Assembly (NCBI GenBank): GCA_976226885.1
Contig: OZ320313.1
Coordinates: 71,300,001 to 71,364,000 of the forward strand
DNA length: 64,000 nt
Direction of reading: 5' to 3'
Source of the DNA: Iphione sp. A-MEVVRFRX5
Taxonomy: Eukaryota
Below are positions 1 to 11,882 of the stretch, piece after piece (position 1 is the stretch's first letter; each line of letters starts with the position of its first letter). A program made the position numbers and the translations under genes. The notes below the pieces were generated by a model. The model was not told the origin of the DNA. It searched no databases and saw only the letters and a program-made list of their open reading frames with translations.

Positions 1-3000
1 TAGTAGATGATGGCGATACACATGTAGTTAGCGACGTCTTCCTGAAGTTTATTTGGATCATTTGATTTTGTGTCTTCATTACACCAAGGAACATTTAGTT
101 CGTTTTATTGGCATATTTTAGCAGATATTTCGAAATTGTCTAAAGGGCTTTAATTAAGGCGTTCCAATCAGTCAAGAAGCAGCAGTACTGATTATTTTCG
201 TATTTCATTCAAAGACTCTTGATTCGCAAAGTCCTCACTGACTGGAGGACTTACATTTCTTATGATAAAGGAAAAGCCAAAGAACATACGGAGAAACCGA
301 TCTTGTCCTGTGCAAAGGCCCGCAGTTGGACTAGTCGTCAAAGCTTGCTCTCCCAGTGCACCACCGCAAAAATGAAAAGTATTCCCAAGTTTGCCTTTGT
401 GCGCCTCCTATGCCCCCTTCTTACGTCATATGTGTTCTCTTGAGCATGAGCATAGGTCAGATTTGCTTCACTGCTGAAGCATTCCAGACATGTTTGGATC
501 GCCACTGGGATAGCACGAATTATCCTGCACTGTGCTTTAATGAATGATCGAACGAAGCATCCTGAAGAACTTTAGATGGTCTATGGCATCCGCCGGGATT
601 ATATTCAGGGCATACAGCCTTTCAGAGTACAAGGGTGATTTGATCCTCTGTTACAATAACTAAAGCCGAGATTTGTAATCGGGTGGAGAACAAAAGCACT
701 TGGTTGGTGCTCGCTCACCTGAATCGACTCGCTGTTATAGATGCAGCTAATGGGTGTGCATTTTATATTATACTAGTAGACGAAATGAGCTTCAAAGTGG
801 GTGGGAGTTAGTCTGCTTAAAAGTCGTTCAGCAAGTTTCCCTCCCGCTCTCAGTGGTGCTGACATCAGCCACTAGCATCTGTGCATCGTATTGTCAGGAA
901 AAGCGGCCACGGTCAATCTATTGAAAATATGACCAGTTTCTCTTCCGGATTGAAAGGACGAGCTCCCATCGCGGAATCGGGATGCCAGCCTCATTTTAAA
1001 AAAATCAAACACCACTTTCACATTCTACGTCGGCTGCTTGTCGATGAATGTGCGTATGTTTTCTTCGTCCACAACCTCCTTAACAGATAACATGTCCTCT
1101 TTCGATGTGTTTCTTTGGAGTCTGTTCAACATGGCTTAAGGTTGAAAAGGTCGTATAACAACGAATGTTTCTCTTTACAAAGTTTATTGCGCAAATTAGA
1201 TGTCAATGGAAAAAGGACCCATTGAGATGACTGCCAAGTGAATATACACATTGTATTCCACGTAAGGATTGGTCGCACGCATAATTATGTACTAAGATGC
1301 ACGCCTGTGTTATACGGATAAGATAGAACTAGATTCTGTTGATAGCGTAAATATCTAAGGTGGGTCCAATAGAGATATTGTGTGGTATCAGTGCAGCACA
1401 GATAGAAAAAGGAGCGTTAAACGGAAGTATTGTGTGTTGTTTCCCACCGCCCTCCCGATCGACCTACATTCATGCCAGTACATACACATGTAAATATGAA
1501 GATCTGTGATATGTCAACGAGCCATATCTATTTTTCTCCTTTTTCTCGTAAAGCGAAAGGGTTGTTATAACATTTTGCAAATACATAAACGTCGGTATTT
1601 GCAGATACATAAACGTCGCTGCGAGTACAATGTAGTATATATTTTAGATGCAGTTTCCGATGTAACGTTCCTCGGGATCAGTGTTTTCAGGTTGAGTTCA
1701 GTCAGGAGAGTTCATGTTATCCGAACTGTGAAACTACCTGTTTGCAGTGTTGCAGGGAGAATTTCTTAGTTAAATTTTCGGTAAGTGACCATCACGAATA
1801 AAATTTTACAATATAATGTATACATATACTTATAAATATACGTGAATGGGAATCAGTAACCTCTAGTATAGACTTCCCGAAAAGATGACTCCCATTTACA
1901 GTGATGAATCACCCATAGGAAGAACATATATTAGTTTGCACATACATGTAAATACTGCCCCGATGGAAATGCGTGACCAACCTTACAACATTTTGGACCC
2001 TTTTCAATCCAGACCAGAGTAACATGTATCTGACGTCTTCCAGGACTAGCATGGATACGTTTTATAATACTTCTTAGCTGGTCTTACGCCACTGTGGTGA
2101 ATATGAGATCCTATCCATATGCCCATGATCTGTTTGCCTCAAACTTGCCTTAAAATATAGACTCAAATGAACTTCTCATATTTGAAGGGCAGTGCATACA
2201 ACATGAAAGCAGCATATGACGATCCTGTGTAATGTTAGACCTTTACCGGAAGGCGATTTATTTCCTTTGGGGAGACATAAAACAGTTTTTGGTCTGTGTG
2301 TGGAAATGCAGGAAGATTCTTTTTAAAATCATGTGTTATACGCTTGAAGAAGTGTTTATTGGCATTCCGTGAACATAGAAATAGCATGCACTGTTTCCCC
2401 TACATTTTTTTTCTTTTCATGAACACAAGAAAACAACAATTGGAAGCTTGCAGTTGTTGAATCAACTGGTAACCCCAATATGCATGCCAGCCGCATGAAT
2501 CTTTAAAGAAGGTCCGGTCATTGATCTCGACTCGCTGCTGGGTAAAGTGATGGTGCTTTTTTTGAGGGGTGTTCTTCTTCATACCAAATACTCAGCCACA
2601 TGAGAATAGCTCTTGATGGCGAGTAAACCGTACCCGTGATCAATACGAGCTGCTCGTAGGAAGTGCCAAGGACATGGTTATGCTGATTAGCTGTGAACCC
2701 TGTAGAAAGTCTGGATGGAGACGCGACAGGCAAGGGCCGCATTACGGCGTGCATGTATACGGCAGATAAAGAGGGTAGATTGATTAAAGACCCCAGCTGT
2801 GACATCGCATGCTAGCATGGATGTTACTTATCCACCTGGGCCTTGATTTCTTTGGCATCAGCTTCTATCAGAGATTCGCAACAAGTAAAGACGGACTCCA
2901 CCTTTTTTTTCTTAATCCAGAACCATCATCTGTTGATACCTCTGTATTAGGTAATGGGTCAACCTAGTCTCTCCGTAGACCGGGTCGAGATGTGCCTTTG

Positions 3001-5603
3001 CCTCCAGCTCGTGCTGATATTATAAGCTTGAATGTGAAGTCCACCGTATGTGTCTTTGCCATGGCAAGTCACAAATTCTGTTGATCATTACGTCTTTTTC
3101 CACAGATGGACACCTCTTAGTTACCACAAACAAGTAAACACCGGATCATGGTTGACGAGTTTATGATATACTGTTATTTAGGGAAAATGGTTTCTCCAAT
3201 CTCCGACACGTCAGTATTTGAACGACAATGGCTCGCCAGAAATCACTTGTATGAGTCACTAACCCCGCTATGTAACGGTCGTGAACATAGTGTGTCTGCA
3301 AGGGCAGTGTGTTCCTCTTCGAGCTTGTAACAGCTAAGGCCCCCTGACGGGGCATTGGGAGGAGAGATAGGAAAAGGTCTCAGCATGAGGGATTGGAAAT
3401 GTTTATACGGATGCTAAGTATCTGTGTCTGTACATGTATACATGTATGTACTCGTTATATTTATGTGGAGTTTCTGCTTGACGCTTCGTGGCGATGATAG
3501 TGATAGTATATGTAATGGGCTTGAATGCCAGGGAAAAGGAGACCTACATGACGTGCAAACATGTTTGTCGGTAAACATCTGTTTTGTAAAGACAATATAG
3601 TATGATTGTGATTGGAATTTTTCGCGAAATGAATGGATCCATTGTTCGAAAATCTACCGTTATGTGCAGATGCAATTGGATAATATTGGAAAAAAAGTAT
3701 AGCTTTGCTGTGATTCTATTCGCCTAATTCCGTTTGTATTCACAACGACATATACCGTAACCGTCACATCTGCATCGTTTACATTTGAATTTTTTTGCAA
3801 TTGCGCCTCTTAATGGGAACCAAACGAGACTTGGAACTCTATATCGAAATTGTTTCTAAATGGGCCAATGCCATCAGACTGGAACAGTAAGCAAATGGAT
3901 TGCTTGCGTGGATGCACCTTTATATCATGGTAATTATTTAGATCACATGGCAACGAGTCCTTGTTTATTTAGAAGCATGGCTGAATCCCAGTTACCCTGG
4001 ATCCTACCTTGTGACCAGAGAAAGAGGCCCCAAAGGTAAGTTTCTGTTTAACTAGTTATGTAGCTTGCAAGAGAAAATTCGGATTCATGCCGGAGACTGG
4101 AGTTGTCAACAAACTTGACATCAACTATTGTCCAAAGGTGATCGGAATTCTTTATTTATTAATATCCAATATACGTGTCGCCATTAAGTCATTCGGAGTG
4201 CGCGTTAAAGGTCTTCCATGTCTCTGGTGTAGCGGATGCTTCTATCACCAGTTTGGTAGCCCTGTCTGGCCAGTGCAGTCAATGAGGACAGACAGAATAT
4301 GGGAGCTGAATGATTTATTGCTCGGCCACCTTTGTCTGTTTGACACAATGCCAACAGATTCGGGTGTCCGTCTAGAAAACAGAAATAAATAACGGCGGCA
4401 GTCTTGGGAATGAGAGGATCTTGCCTTTTTATATTGAAAACGGGGGACCCTGGATACGGCCCCCTGACAATGACGTTGACCTTCCGCTCTGACCTTAATG
4501 CAGTCGCTAACGGCGATGCTTTTGCCGATCGGCTTTCCCTGCTCATTCGATTTTTTTGGGATTAATGTCGCCTCAGCAGCTTGCTGTTCCACTGCGCGTG
4601 AATAGCGCGTATTTTGGTTTCGGCCCAACTTTATCTTATTTTTGACCTCATGTTATGCTTGATGGATGTACACAGGTCATTGGTGTTTGGGGGTGAGGGA
4701 TTGATCTGATTGATTAGGTCCACTGGCAGGCCGTCTTTTATTGACTTTAATCAGCATTAAGCACCTGAAAGACAGACGATTATTTGCCTTCGTCTCAACA
4801 GGTACCATAGGTTCTATTCTCTAGGTGTCAAACGTGCTAATTGCAATCATTAGATCCTGTTTACTCTTTTCTCGTGTACCGTATAGCGACATGGAATCCA
4901 GCCGTCAAGACCGACCCCACACGCTATAGTGTTTTAGGAGGCTTTTGTCTGGTTCATGTCCCTACGTTGACACATGACAGTGTCACGAAAGGTGTCACGA
5001 TTCGATTCCGGCAGCATGTACTGTCGTGCGCAATGAACGAGCCATACATGTATTCGGATTACCAGCTTGTCCCGCCTGGTACTCAGGTGAAAGATGATAC
5101 TCTGCGATTCTGTGACAGTCAAGTCGCCGTTCGGTCAAGTGAAATATTCACGAACTGTGCAGAAAAAAAAATGTTTCAGTTGTTCTCTGCAGTATATGGA
5201 AATTAAGGATTAGAAATGATGGCACCATGGTAGATAACTAGATAGCCCGTACGCTCACGTACATTTACTGATTCCATTAGAGTCGTGAAAAGGTCAATTC
5301 TCAATCCAGGTACTTCGTTTATTTTCAGATGATAGTTCCCCAAGGCATTCTGATATTTTCGTCCCTCAGATAGAACAGAGAACGATAGAAGCCGGATGTA
5401 GGTGGTTCTGAGGAAAGTAAAGTAGCTGCCACTGAAGGCAATGAATAAGACAAAACACCACTAGATACAAGACAAAAGCACATGGATTTCACTGTGCTTT
5501 CAGTTGTTGGATTTGCCTGTTTCTGGGCCCTTCTTTTATTCTATCCTTTCTATTTGATCCAATTGACGGCTATTACGACATTTTTATTCCCCCTTAACGA
5601 CTT

Positions 5604-5702
5604 AAAAACGTTTGGAGTGAACATTAGCGTCCATATACCTGCATGAGATAAGAAAAAACGTTTGGAGTGAACATTAGCGTTCATATACCCGTATGAGATA
5701 AG
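5604..5702. repeat. 50-bp tandem duplication (2 copies)
   Basis: aaaaacgtttggagtgaacattagcgt(c/t)catatacc(t/c)g(c/t)atgagataag occurs at 5604-5652 and 5654-5702 with 3 mismatches. Confidence 0.85.
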
Positions 5703-6579
5703 GTACATCTATTAATTCAAATGACTGGGGCACTGCCAGCGAATGTAACTTGTTTACTCTTTTGATATATAAATGTGACCCATATCCATGCGAAAACTAA
5801 ATTGCCCGAGGAGATTTACAAAATACCAACAATTTGACACACTAGAACGCCCCTCAGCCCATCCCTCTGTCATTGTTAACATATTGACATCCTGATAGCC
5901 ACACAAGGAGCCCGTCCGTTTCCGCTAACATATTTACTCATCATGGTCCTTAAAGGTTGGTCATATAATTGTATATTTAGTTTGTACCAATAGCTGAAAC
6001 GAGTACAAGAGCCGTGTGGGCAATCTAGGGGAAAGGAATGCTCCAACTCGAACTCTATTACGCACTCAGCTGAAAGACACCTTACCTGTTCCAATAAATG
6101 CCACTTTAAATATGATAATCCTAAAACCGTTCTCATGTATTCGCTCTGGCTCGGAGACCAGATTAGGCTCGCACGTTGGGGTTTTGTTGCTGGACATATT
6201 ACTCTCTAATTAATGGAGGACAAGTACATTCTGTTGCCTTATATAGGCAGGGTTCGTGAATATGAATCCTATGACCAGTAAATACCGATGTGTGTATGCG
6301 ACAATGACAAAATGAAGCTTATTGAGCAACTTGATGTCATCCTGACAGTGGATGGTTTTCAACCAAATACTCAAATACACATTTACGAATCAAGAAAACA
6401 TGGGTACCGTAGCAGCCGCAGGCTGTCATTTAGTAACTTGAGTGTTCATTCAATACGGTTCCAATTATTGTCCTCCTACAGGTCTAGTATGCTAACCACT
6501 GGTTACCAGTGGCAACTCTCTAGATGGCGACCTCCATGTTGCCAATCGGACAGTTAATTGTTCATTAGCGTGTCATATT

Positions 6580-7300
6580 GATACTTCAGAGGCGGTGAAT
6601 CTCACCATCTGTAATTCTCTGTTTTATCACTGTTTTAAAATGGGTCTTCAGGAGCCCTCCTAAGCCTGGGTCCAGACCGTTCCACTGGACTGTCTCCCTG
6701 TATGGGAAGCTCTTCTTGTGATTTCCCACTTCAGACCGTCTAGGTTGAATCTTGGTGCTTCTTCTCCTCTCGTCACTCTTCTGCATATATGAGCCTCGGG
6801 CCTTAGATACTGCAGACCAAACATGGCCTCTGCTTGAGACTCATGAGACCATGACTTGACATCCACTCAGTTACCTCTCTGACTAAGAGGTGTCCATCAA
6901 GCACACATTTTTGCACAGCTTTCACCAACAATTTGTCCAAATTCTCTATCATGCACATACTTGCACCCTATTCAAACAGTAGCCCACAGTCGAAGATTGA
7001 CAGGAAGCAGGCATAATATATGCATATCATATGGTATATATGAAGAAGCCACAACTGTGAGTAGACTAAGATATTATGTGCCGCTGCTATTGCAACCTTG
7101 TTGCACGGTTGATGGTATGCAGCATTACTGGTTTAGAGCCATTCGTTACTTAGGACTGGACTCCAAATGCTGTCCGTCAGGGATTAGACGCCACTCGTTT
7201 GGATATTGTATACATATACATTGTAGATGGATCTGGAAAGCTGCCTAATCGTAACCATGCATGTGATCTTCTATTAATAATGATGCCTAGAGGGGAACAT
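6580..7300 (-). pseudogene. Degenerate 3' fragment of an L2/CR1-group LINE reverse transcriptase
   Basis: Minus-strand peptides lie in broken frames: ITCMVTIRQLSR (like KTKCMLIGTRQKL), IYYACFLSIFDCG (like IYNAIILPHFDYC) and KKSFPYRETVQWNGLDPG...HFKTVIKQ (like SFSYRGAxLWNxLP...FKxxLK). They occur in the correct order for an RT C-terminus, with many stops and frameshifts. Confidence 0.55.
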
Positions 7301-7382
7301 TCTTACAAGTATTGCATTTATTTGCCCTAATATCCATCCATACGTGCAAGACGATGCAGCCATTTTATGACAAGTATTAAAT

Positions 7383-7598
7383 TATCACTTAATAAGCAGA
7401 CCCAGATGAATGTTAAATAACGACAACACATACATGAATACAATTGGGCAGATACATTTTAATTCTGAGTAAATAGACATATGGCCTCTTGAGGCTGGTG
7501 TATATGATTGTCTCTGGAGACAGTGATAACCAATGTGTCTATAGAGCATAACGACATAATAATGACACAAATACATTGGAATATGCCTTATAATGCAC
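7383..7598 (-). repeat. Split direct repeat B2 (216 bp), 3' terminus of the Ngaro-type element
   Basis: Matches 7831-8046 with one mismatch found by eye (g7451 vs c7899). Confidence 0.95.
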
Positions 7599-7704
7599 AA
7601 TATAAAGAGAACACAAACCGAAACAATGCAAATCGAATAGAACAAAACAAAATATATCACGGTGTAAGACTAAAGCACAGATACCATTGGGCGGGCGGGT
7701 GCGG

Positions 7705-7830
7705 CAAACAAGACAGCGAATGGTCAAACGGCTAATCTAAATATAGCGCCCAAGGCGCCACAGTAGTACAACAGAGGGCATCGTGGTCTGCAGGCGTAAT
7801 ATCATGCGATCCCCTAGCGGATAGCTTACA
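7705..7830 (-). repeat. Split direct repeat A2 (126 bp)
   Basis: Identical by inspection to 11883-12008 and directly abuts B1. Confidence 0.95.
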
Positions 7831-8046
7831 TATCACTTAATAAGCAGACCCAGATGAATGTTAAATAACGACAACACATACATGAATACAATTGGGCACA
7901 TACATTTTAATTCTGAGTAAATAGACATATGGCCTCTTGAGGCTGGTGTATATGATTGTCTCTGGAGACAGTGATAACCAATGTGTCTATAGAGCATAAC
8001 GACATAATAATGACACAAATACATTGGAATATGCCTTATAATGCAC
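7831..8046 (-). repeat. Split direct repeat B1 (216 bp)
   Basis: Copy of 7383-7598; begins 17 nt after the YR stop codon. Confidence 0.95.
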
Positions 8047-8063
8047 CATAGGCCAAAGGCTTG

Positions 8064-8954
8064 TTACGCCGAGGTAAGGAGGGACTTGATTTTGGATGCT
8101 GCCTTCCTACTCGAAATGGCCGAACTCGTGTATGCTAAGGAAGAGGGGAGAGCCTTCCAGGTGCCTTGGGACATAATTTGAGTATCCGAGGCGTCAGCCT
8201 CCTGTAGGGCCTGGGCACCACCTCTTCGGAAACTATGGAGTGTATAGGCTTGTGGAGAATATCCCAGGTGTGAGACGATGGACCTGAGGACCTTGGTCAA
8301 TCTCTGAGGAGGGAATGGGGACTTATTCAAAGGATCAGTAAAGAGGGGCTGTAGATGATCAATGGTTGGAATAATGCGAAACATCTGCTGCATTAGGGTA
8401 ACTGGGCATATGTCATTGTCGAGGCGAGGCAAATGAATTGTACGAGGGCTTGATTGCTTGATAGTTTTTGACCATTTGAGGACTAACGAGATGCCAATGG
8501 TACTAAATGTGATATCCCCTCTCGTGATCTGTTTGAAAGGGTCAAATGATGATGGAGATTTGGCACATAGATTACTCTGCCTGACTAGTGAAAAGAAAAG
8601 GAAAGAAAAGAGGGATTTGAGGCAGATGCCCAACTGACCCAGTCCATCGCAATACAGAACAATCCTACGAAGGAGGTCGAGCGTGATTGGAGACTTCTGC
8701 ATAGGGACGTGAGGAGATGAGAGTCTAACTGCTTTGAGGGCACCTGTCACCTTGGATGATCGAATGGAAGAAAGGTCAAAGTCACATTGGTCAAGTAGAA
8801 AGGAAAGAGATGAGACATATTGAGAGACTACCGGGGGGGTATATGATAACTGTACCAAATATTCGATATAGACTAGTATGTGGTATACTTGGAGATGCTT
8901 GATGTCCATGGAGTAATGATGGAAAAAGGCAATAGCAAGGGCAGCCTGTTGCAT
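8064..8954 (-). CDS. Tyrosine recombinase (retrotransposon integrase)
   Basis: 296 aa with the R...HxxR...W...Y catalytic pattern: LVRQSNL, YTLHSFRRGGA, QGTWKALPSSLAY. The frame is open upstream to about 9089 and overlaps the end of the RT/RNase H ORF. Confidence 0.92.
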   Translation of the reverse strand: MQQAALAIAFFHHYSMDIKHLQVYHILVYIEYLVQLSYTPPVVSQYVSSLSFLLDQCDFDLSSIRSSKVTGALKAVRLSSPHVPMQKSPITLDLLRRIVLYCDGLGQLGICLKSLFSFLFFSLVRQSNLCAKSPSSFDPFKQITRGDITFSTIGISLVLKWSKTIKQSSPRTIHLPRLDNDICPVTLMQQMFRIIPTIDHLQPLFTDPLNKSPFPPQRLTKVLRSIVSHLGYSPQAYTLHSFRRGGAQALQEADASDTQIMSQGTWKALPSSLAYTSSAISSRKAASKIKSLLTSA

Positions 8955-9040
8955 GCGTCTGGAGTTCGTTCTGGGGGTGACGGATTGGAACTGCCTGCGG
9001 TGGGCCGAAGTGATCCATGATGATAGGTGAGGGTCTGAAA

Positions 9041-10987
9041 TTAGAATGATGAAATGTGTGTGACGAGGGAGTGTGGGACTGATAATCTCTTAATGTGAGG
9101 GTGATCACTGAGAAAACGCTTAACTATGGCACGATATTTTGTGGCTGTAGGAAGACGAGAAAGAGCATCTGCTATGATCATTCTTTCTCCTGGAAGATGA
9201 GAAAACGCCAGAGATACGTTAAACCGTGCAGCTCTATACCAGACTGCGCGGAGGATCTTGGATAGAAAATAATCTCTGGTTTTTCCTGAAGAGAGTACAG
9301 AAATAGTAGCACTATTATCGCAAATCAGTTCAATTCTTTGGTTACGAGTTTCAGGGGTGATGAAGAGATGGACTGCGACGGCAGTATTGAACGCCTCTAA
9401 TTGTGAAATAGGCAAATGGGACAATTCTTGGGGAATGGATTGAGTGTAAAAGAAATGAGAATTATAGGCGCCCATGCCAACGAGACAGGCGTCACAAAAT
9501 ATTACATCAGTAACAACGGGAGGGGAGATGAGGCGTATCCCGTTAAAATGAGGTAGGAAGGTGAGGAACCAGTTGAGGTCCCTTTTAACAGGGTCCGTGA
9601 GTGAGACTGTTTTAGAGTTGTAACGTGAGGATAGTCTCAATTCATGCAGAAGGGAGTTGATGAAAAATCTTGCTGGAGGAGAACATTTGACTATGTGATT
9701 GATGAGGCCGATAATGCTCTGGGCGGTTCTTAGTGGAACATGAGGTAATGGGAGGATTTGTGATATGGCATCCTGCAAATCTGAAATTTTGGACATGGGT
9801 ATGGACATGGTGCGTTGTCTGGTGTTAAAGGTGACACCTAACCATGTTAGGGTGTGGGTGGGTTGGACACATTTTTCATGAGCTAGCTGGAGACCTAGAT
9901 TGGATATGAATGTCTGAGCGTATGAGAAGGCCAAGGAAAGTTGTGATTTAGAGTCTGAAATGAGCACATAGTCATCTAGGTAAGCATAGGTGGTAACAGA
10001 TGGGTACTTTATAGATATATGGTTGACTATGGCAGAGGATAATTCTTGAAGTAGAAGTGAAGAATATCGAGTTCCGAAGGGGAGGGACAAATCGAGGTAG
10101 AATTGATGATTGTAATTAAATGGAAGCAAGGGCCAGTCGAGAGGGTCGACCGGGAAATATCTATATGCTCGTTTTAGGTCTAGTGAAGCAAGGAATAGAG
10201 TGTTGGTAGAGATAGAGATTATATGAGCGATATCGTGGGGGGAAGGGAGAGAGACCTTGAGTGGATGGGTGAAGTAGTCATTACGAGGGATACCAGCATT
10301 GACCATGGAATGAGAGAGATCGAAAATAACCCTTCTATCTTTGGAATCCTTTTTTGACCTGGTCATGATGGGGTTCAATATTCTGGGGTGATCGAATGGA
10401 TGAGAGTCTAGGGGCCCTCTTATGGCACCTAGAGCAATTTCTGTACAAAGGTACTTTTGGACATGTATATTATCGGCTGCATCTGTTGGGTAGGGATCAA
10501 CACAATCAGGTAGACAATGGTGGGTGTACCCTAAGGGGAAACCATATGTGAGAAAATCGGATAGTATGACGCCCTTGTGTAATAACGGGTTAAGCAATGA
10601 ATACCAATTATACAGATTCAATTGAGAAGGTAAAGCAATTCTGGCCTCCAAGAAATTTGGTAGTGCAGTACTTCTCACACAAGAATATACGTTGGCAAGA
10701 TCTAGAGGGAGAGCAGAAGATGGAGAGGGCCAGTTAAAAATCCTATGGGATATCATTTGGTAATGTGACCTGGAAAGTGAAATATGATCATTAACATCTG
10801 GGAATTGTTCATCAATAACCAGTAGATCGTACTGGTCGGTGCTGGGGTCTGTAGAGTCTGGGGAGATCACCACTCTTGGGCATCTGGGCGCTGTTGGCGC
10901 TGGTCCCTCGGTTGTGTAGACGTCCAGACCTTGGGCTGCTGTCGGTCTTGTAGTAGTTGCTGCTGGGCCCTCTTCTTTGATCTGCAT
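9041..10987 (-). CDS. Reverse transcriptase / RNase H (DIRS-Ngaro type)
   Basis: 648 aa, no stops. RT motifs: RRVIFDLS, SLDLKRAYR, LSLPFG, YLDD, WLG. RNase H motifs: FCDAC, ISQLEAF, ICDNSAT, HLPGERMIIADALSR. Confidence 0.95.
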   Translation of the reverse strand: MQIKEEGPAATTTRPTAAQGLDVYTTEGPAPTAPRCPRVVISPDSTDPSTDQYDLLVIDEQFPDVNDHISLSRSHYQMISHRIFNWPSPSSALPLDLANVYSCVRSTALPNFLEARIALPSQLNLYNWYSLLNPLLHKGVILSDFLTYGFPLGYTHHCLPDCVDPYPTDAADNIHVQKYLCTEIALGAIRGPLDSHPFDHPRILNPIMTRSKKDSKDRRVIFDLSHSMVNAGIPRNDYFTHPLKVSLPSPHDIAHIISISTNTLFLASLDLKRAYRYFPVDPLDWPLLPFNYNHQFYLDLSLPFGTRYSSLLLQELSSAIVNHISIKYPSVTTYAYLDDYVLISDSKSQLSLAFSYAQTFISNLGLQLAHEKCVQPTHTLTWLGVTFNTRQRTMSIPMSKISDLQDAISQILPLPHVPLRTAQSIIGLINHIVKCSPPARFFINSLLHELRLSSRYNSKTVSLTDPVKRDLNWFLTFLPHFNGIRLISPPVVTDVIFCDACLVGMGAYNSHFFYTQSIPQELSHLPISQLEAFNTAVAVHLFITPETRNQRIELICDNSATISVLSSGKTRDYFLSKILRAVWYRAARFNVSLAFSHLPGERMIIADALSRLPTATKYRAIVKRFLSDHPHIKRLSVPHSLVTHISSF

Positions 10988-11856
10988 TGATCCAACTTGT
11001 GCTCGAGCTGTTTATTATGAATTATGAAACAGAATGGACATATGTGAGTGAGAGACACGTCGTTAGCGGTGTGTGGTGGTGTTTCAGTACATTTTCCCCC
11101 AAACCATGCTGGGCAGGGGATAATAGTGTCCTTCTGAACTCCTTGAGCATCACGTGAGGCTCGGATATGAGCATTAATACATCGTTGTTTGATGGACTCT
11201 ATTCTGGCTGTATCGGACCAGGTAAGCCTATCATTGCCTGTAAGGTGCCATATTTCGACTAGCCACTCCCTAACTGGTGTCCAGCCACTTGCCTGGACTT
11301 CTTCGGCAGTGTCCCTTATATGGCTAACTAGAGTGAGAATGTCAGTTGGATAGACGATAGAAGGGTCTAATATCATGCCCATGATAGACGACACGTACTG
11401 GGGAAAAGTGAATTTCCTTAGATCAGGCTTATCAGTGTCTGGCATTACAACGTAGGAAGATGGGCTAGGGTGTGCCATTTTCTTACCTACAGTCTCAAGG
11501 GCAGCCGGATACATGTGGGTAAATATCTCCTGAATTTTCGAGGCTGCCTCTGTCTTCAGGGCTGCTGGTTGAGGTGGTGGTGTAGATTCGTCTGTTGTTT
11601 CGTTGTCATCGGGTGTGCTCGTACCGGCTGTAGAGGTAGAGGTGGAGGGGCTTGTAGCGTCAGCCATTTTGGCCGCCGCGGCACGTGTAGTGACCGTTGG
11701 ATTCGTACTTTTCTTGGACTTCTTGGACCCTTTGGTCTCCTTGGATTCTTGGGGCTCCAGTCTGTCCAAACGTTCCTCAATTGCTTTCATTTTTTCGAGC
11801 ATTTTTATCAACAGGTCGCCTTCCTCCTCTGTGATACCTTTCTCGGGGTCCGGCAT
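10867..11856 (-). CDS. Gag-like ORF1 of the Ngaro-type element
   Basis: 329 aa starting 27 nt after repeat A1, with an S/T/P-rich linker and a C-terminal Cys/His cluster CPAWFGGKC-x5-H-x8-HICPFC-x8-H-x4-C. Overlaps the RT ORF. Confidence 0.85.
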   Translation of the reverse strand: MPDPEKGITEEEGDLLIKMLEKMKAIEERLDRLEPQESKETKGSKKSKKSTNPTVTTRAAAAKMADATSPSTSTSTAGTSTPDDNETTDESTPPPQPAALKTEAASKIQEIFTHMYPAALETVGKKMAHPSPSSYVVMPDTDKPDLRKFTFPQYVSSIMGMILDPSIVYPTDILTLVSHIRDTAEEVQASGWTPVREWLVEIWHLTGNDRLTWSDTARIESIKQRCINAHIRASRDAQGVQKDTIIPCPAWFGGKCTETPPHTANDVSLTHICPFCFIIHNKQLEHKLDQCRSKKRAQQQLLQDRQQPKVWTSTQPRDQRQQRPDAQEW

Positions 11857-11882
11857 AGCTGCTTACACGTCTGACCCGTTCA

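Noticed and set aside
1-4700. Short ORFs and motif-like peptides on the minus strand (LPPT at about 830, ankyrin-like HVAEYLV at about 2590, helicase-like LDGHPNLLAL at about 4370)
   Set aside because: Each is a 4-10 aa resemblance with no supporting neighbouring motifs and many stops. This may be old TE-derived DNA but cannot be assigned.
4786-4824. AFVSTGT peptide resembling the start of CBFB exon 3 (AFVATGTN)
   Set aside because: There is no AG acceptor before it, a stop follows 5 codons later, and the EYVDF..GK end is absent.
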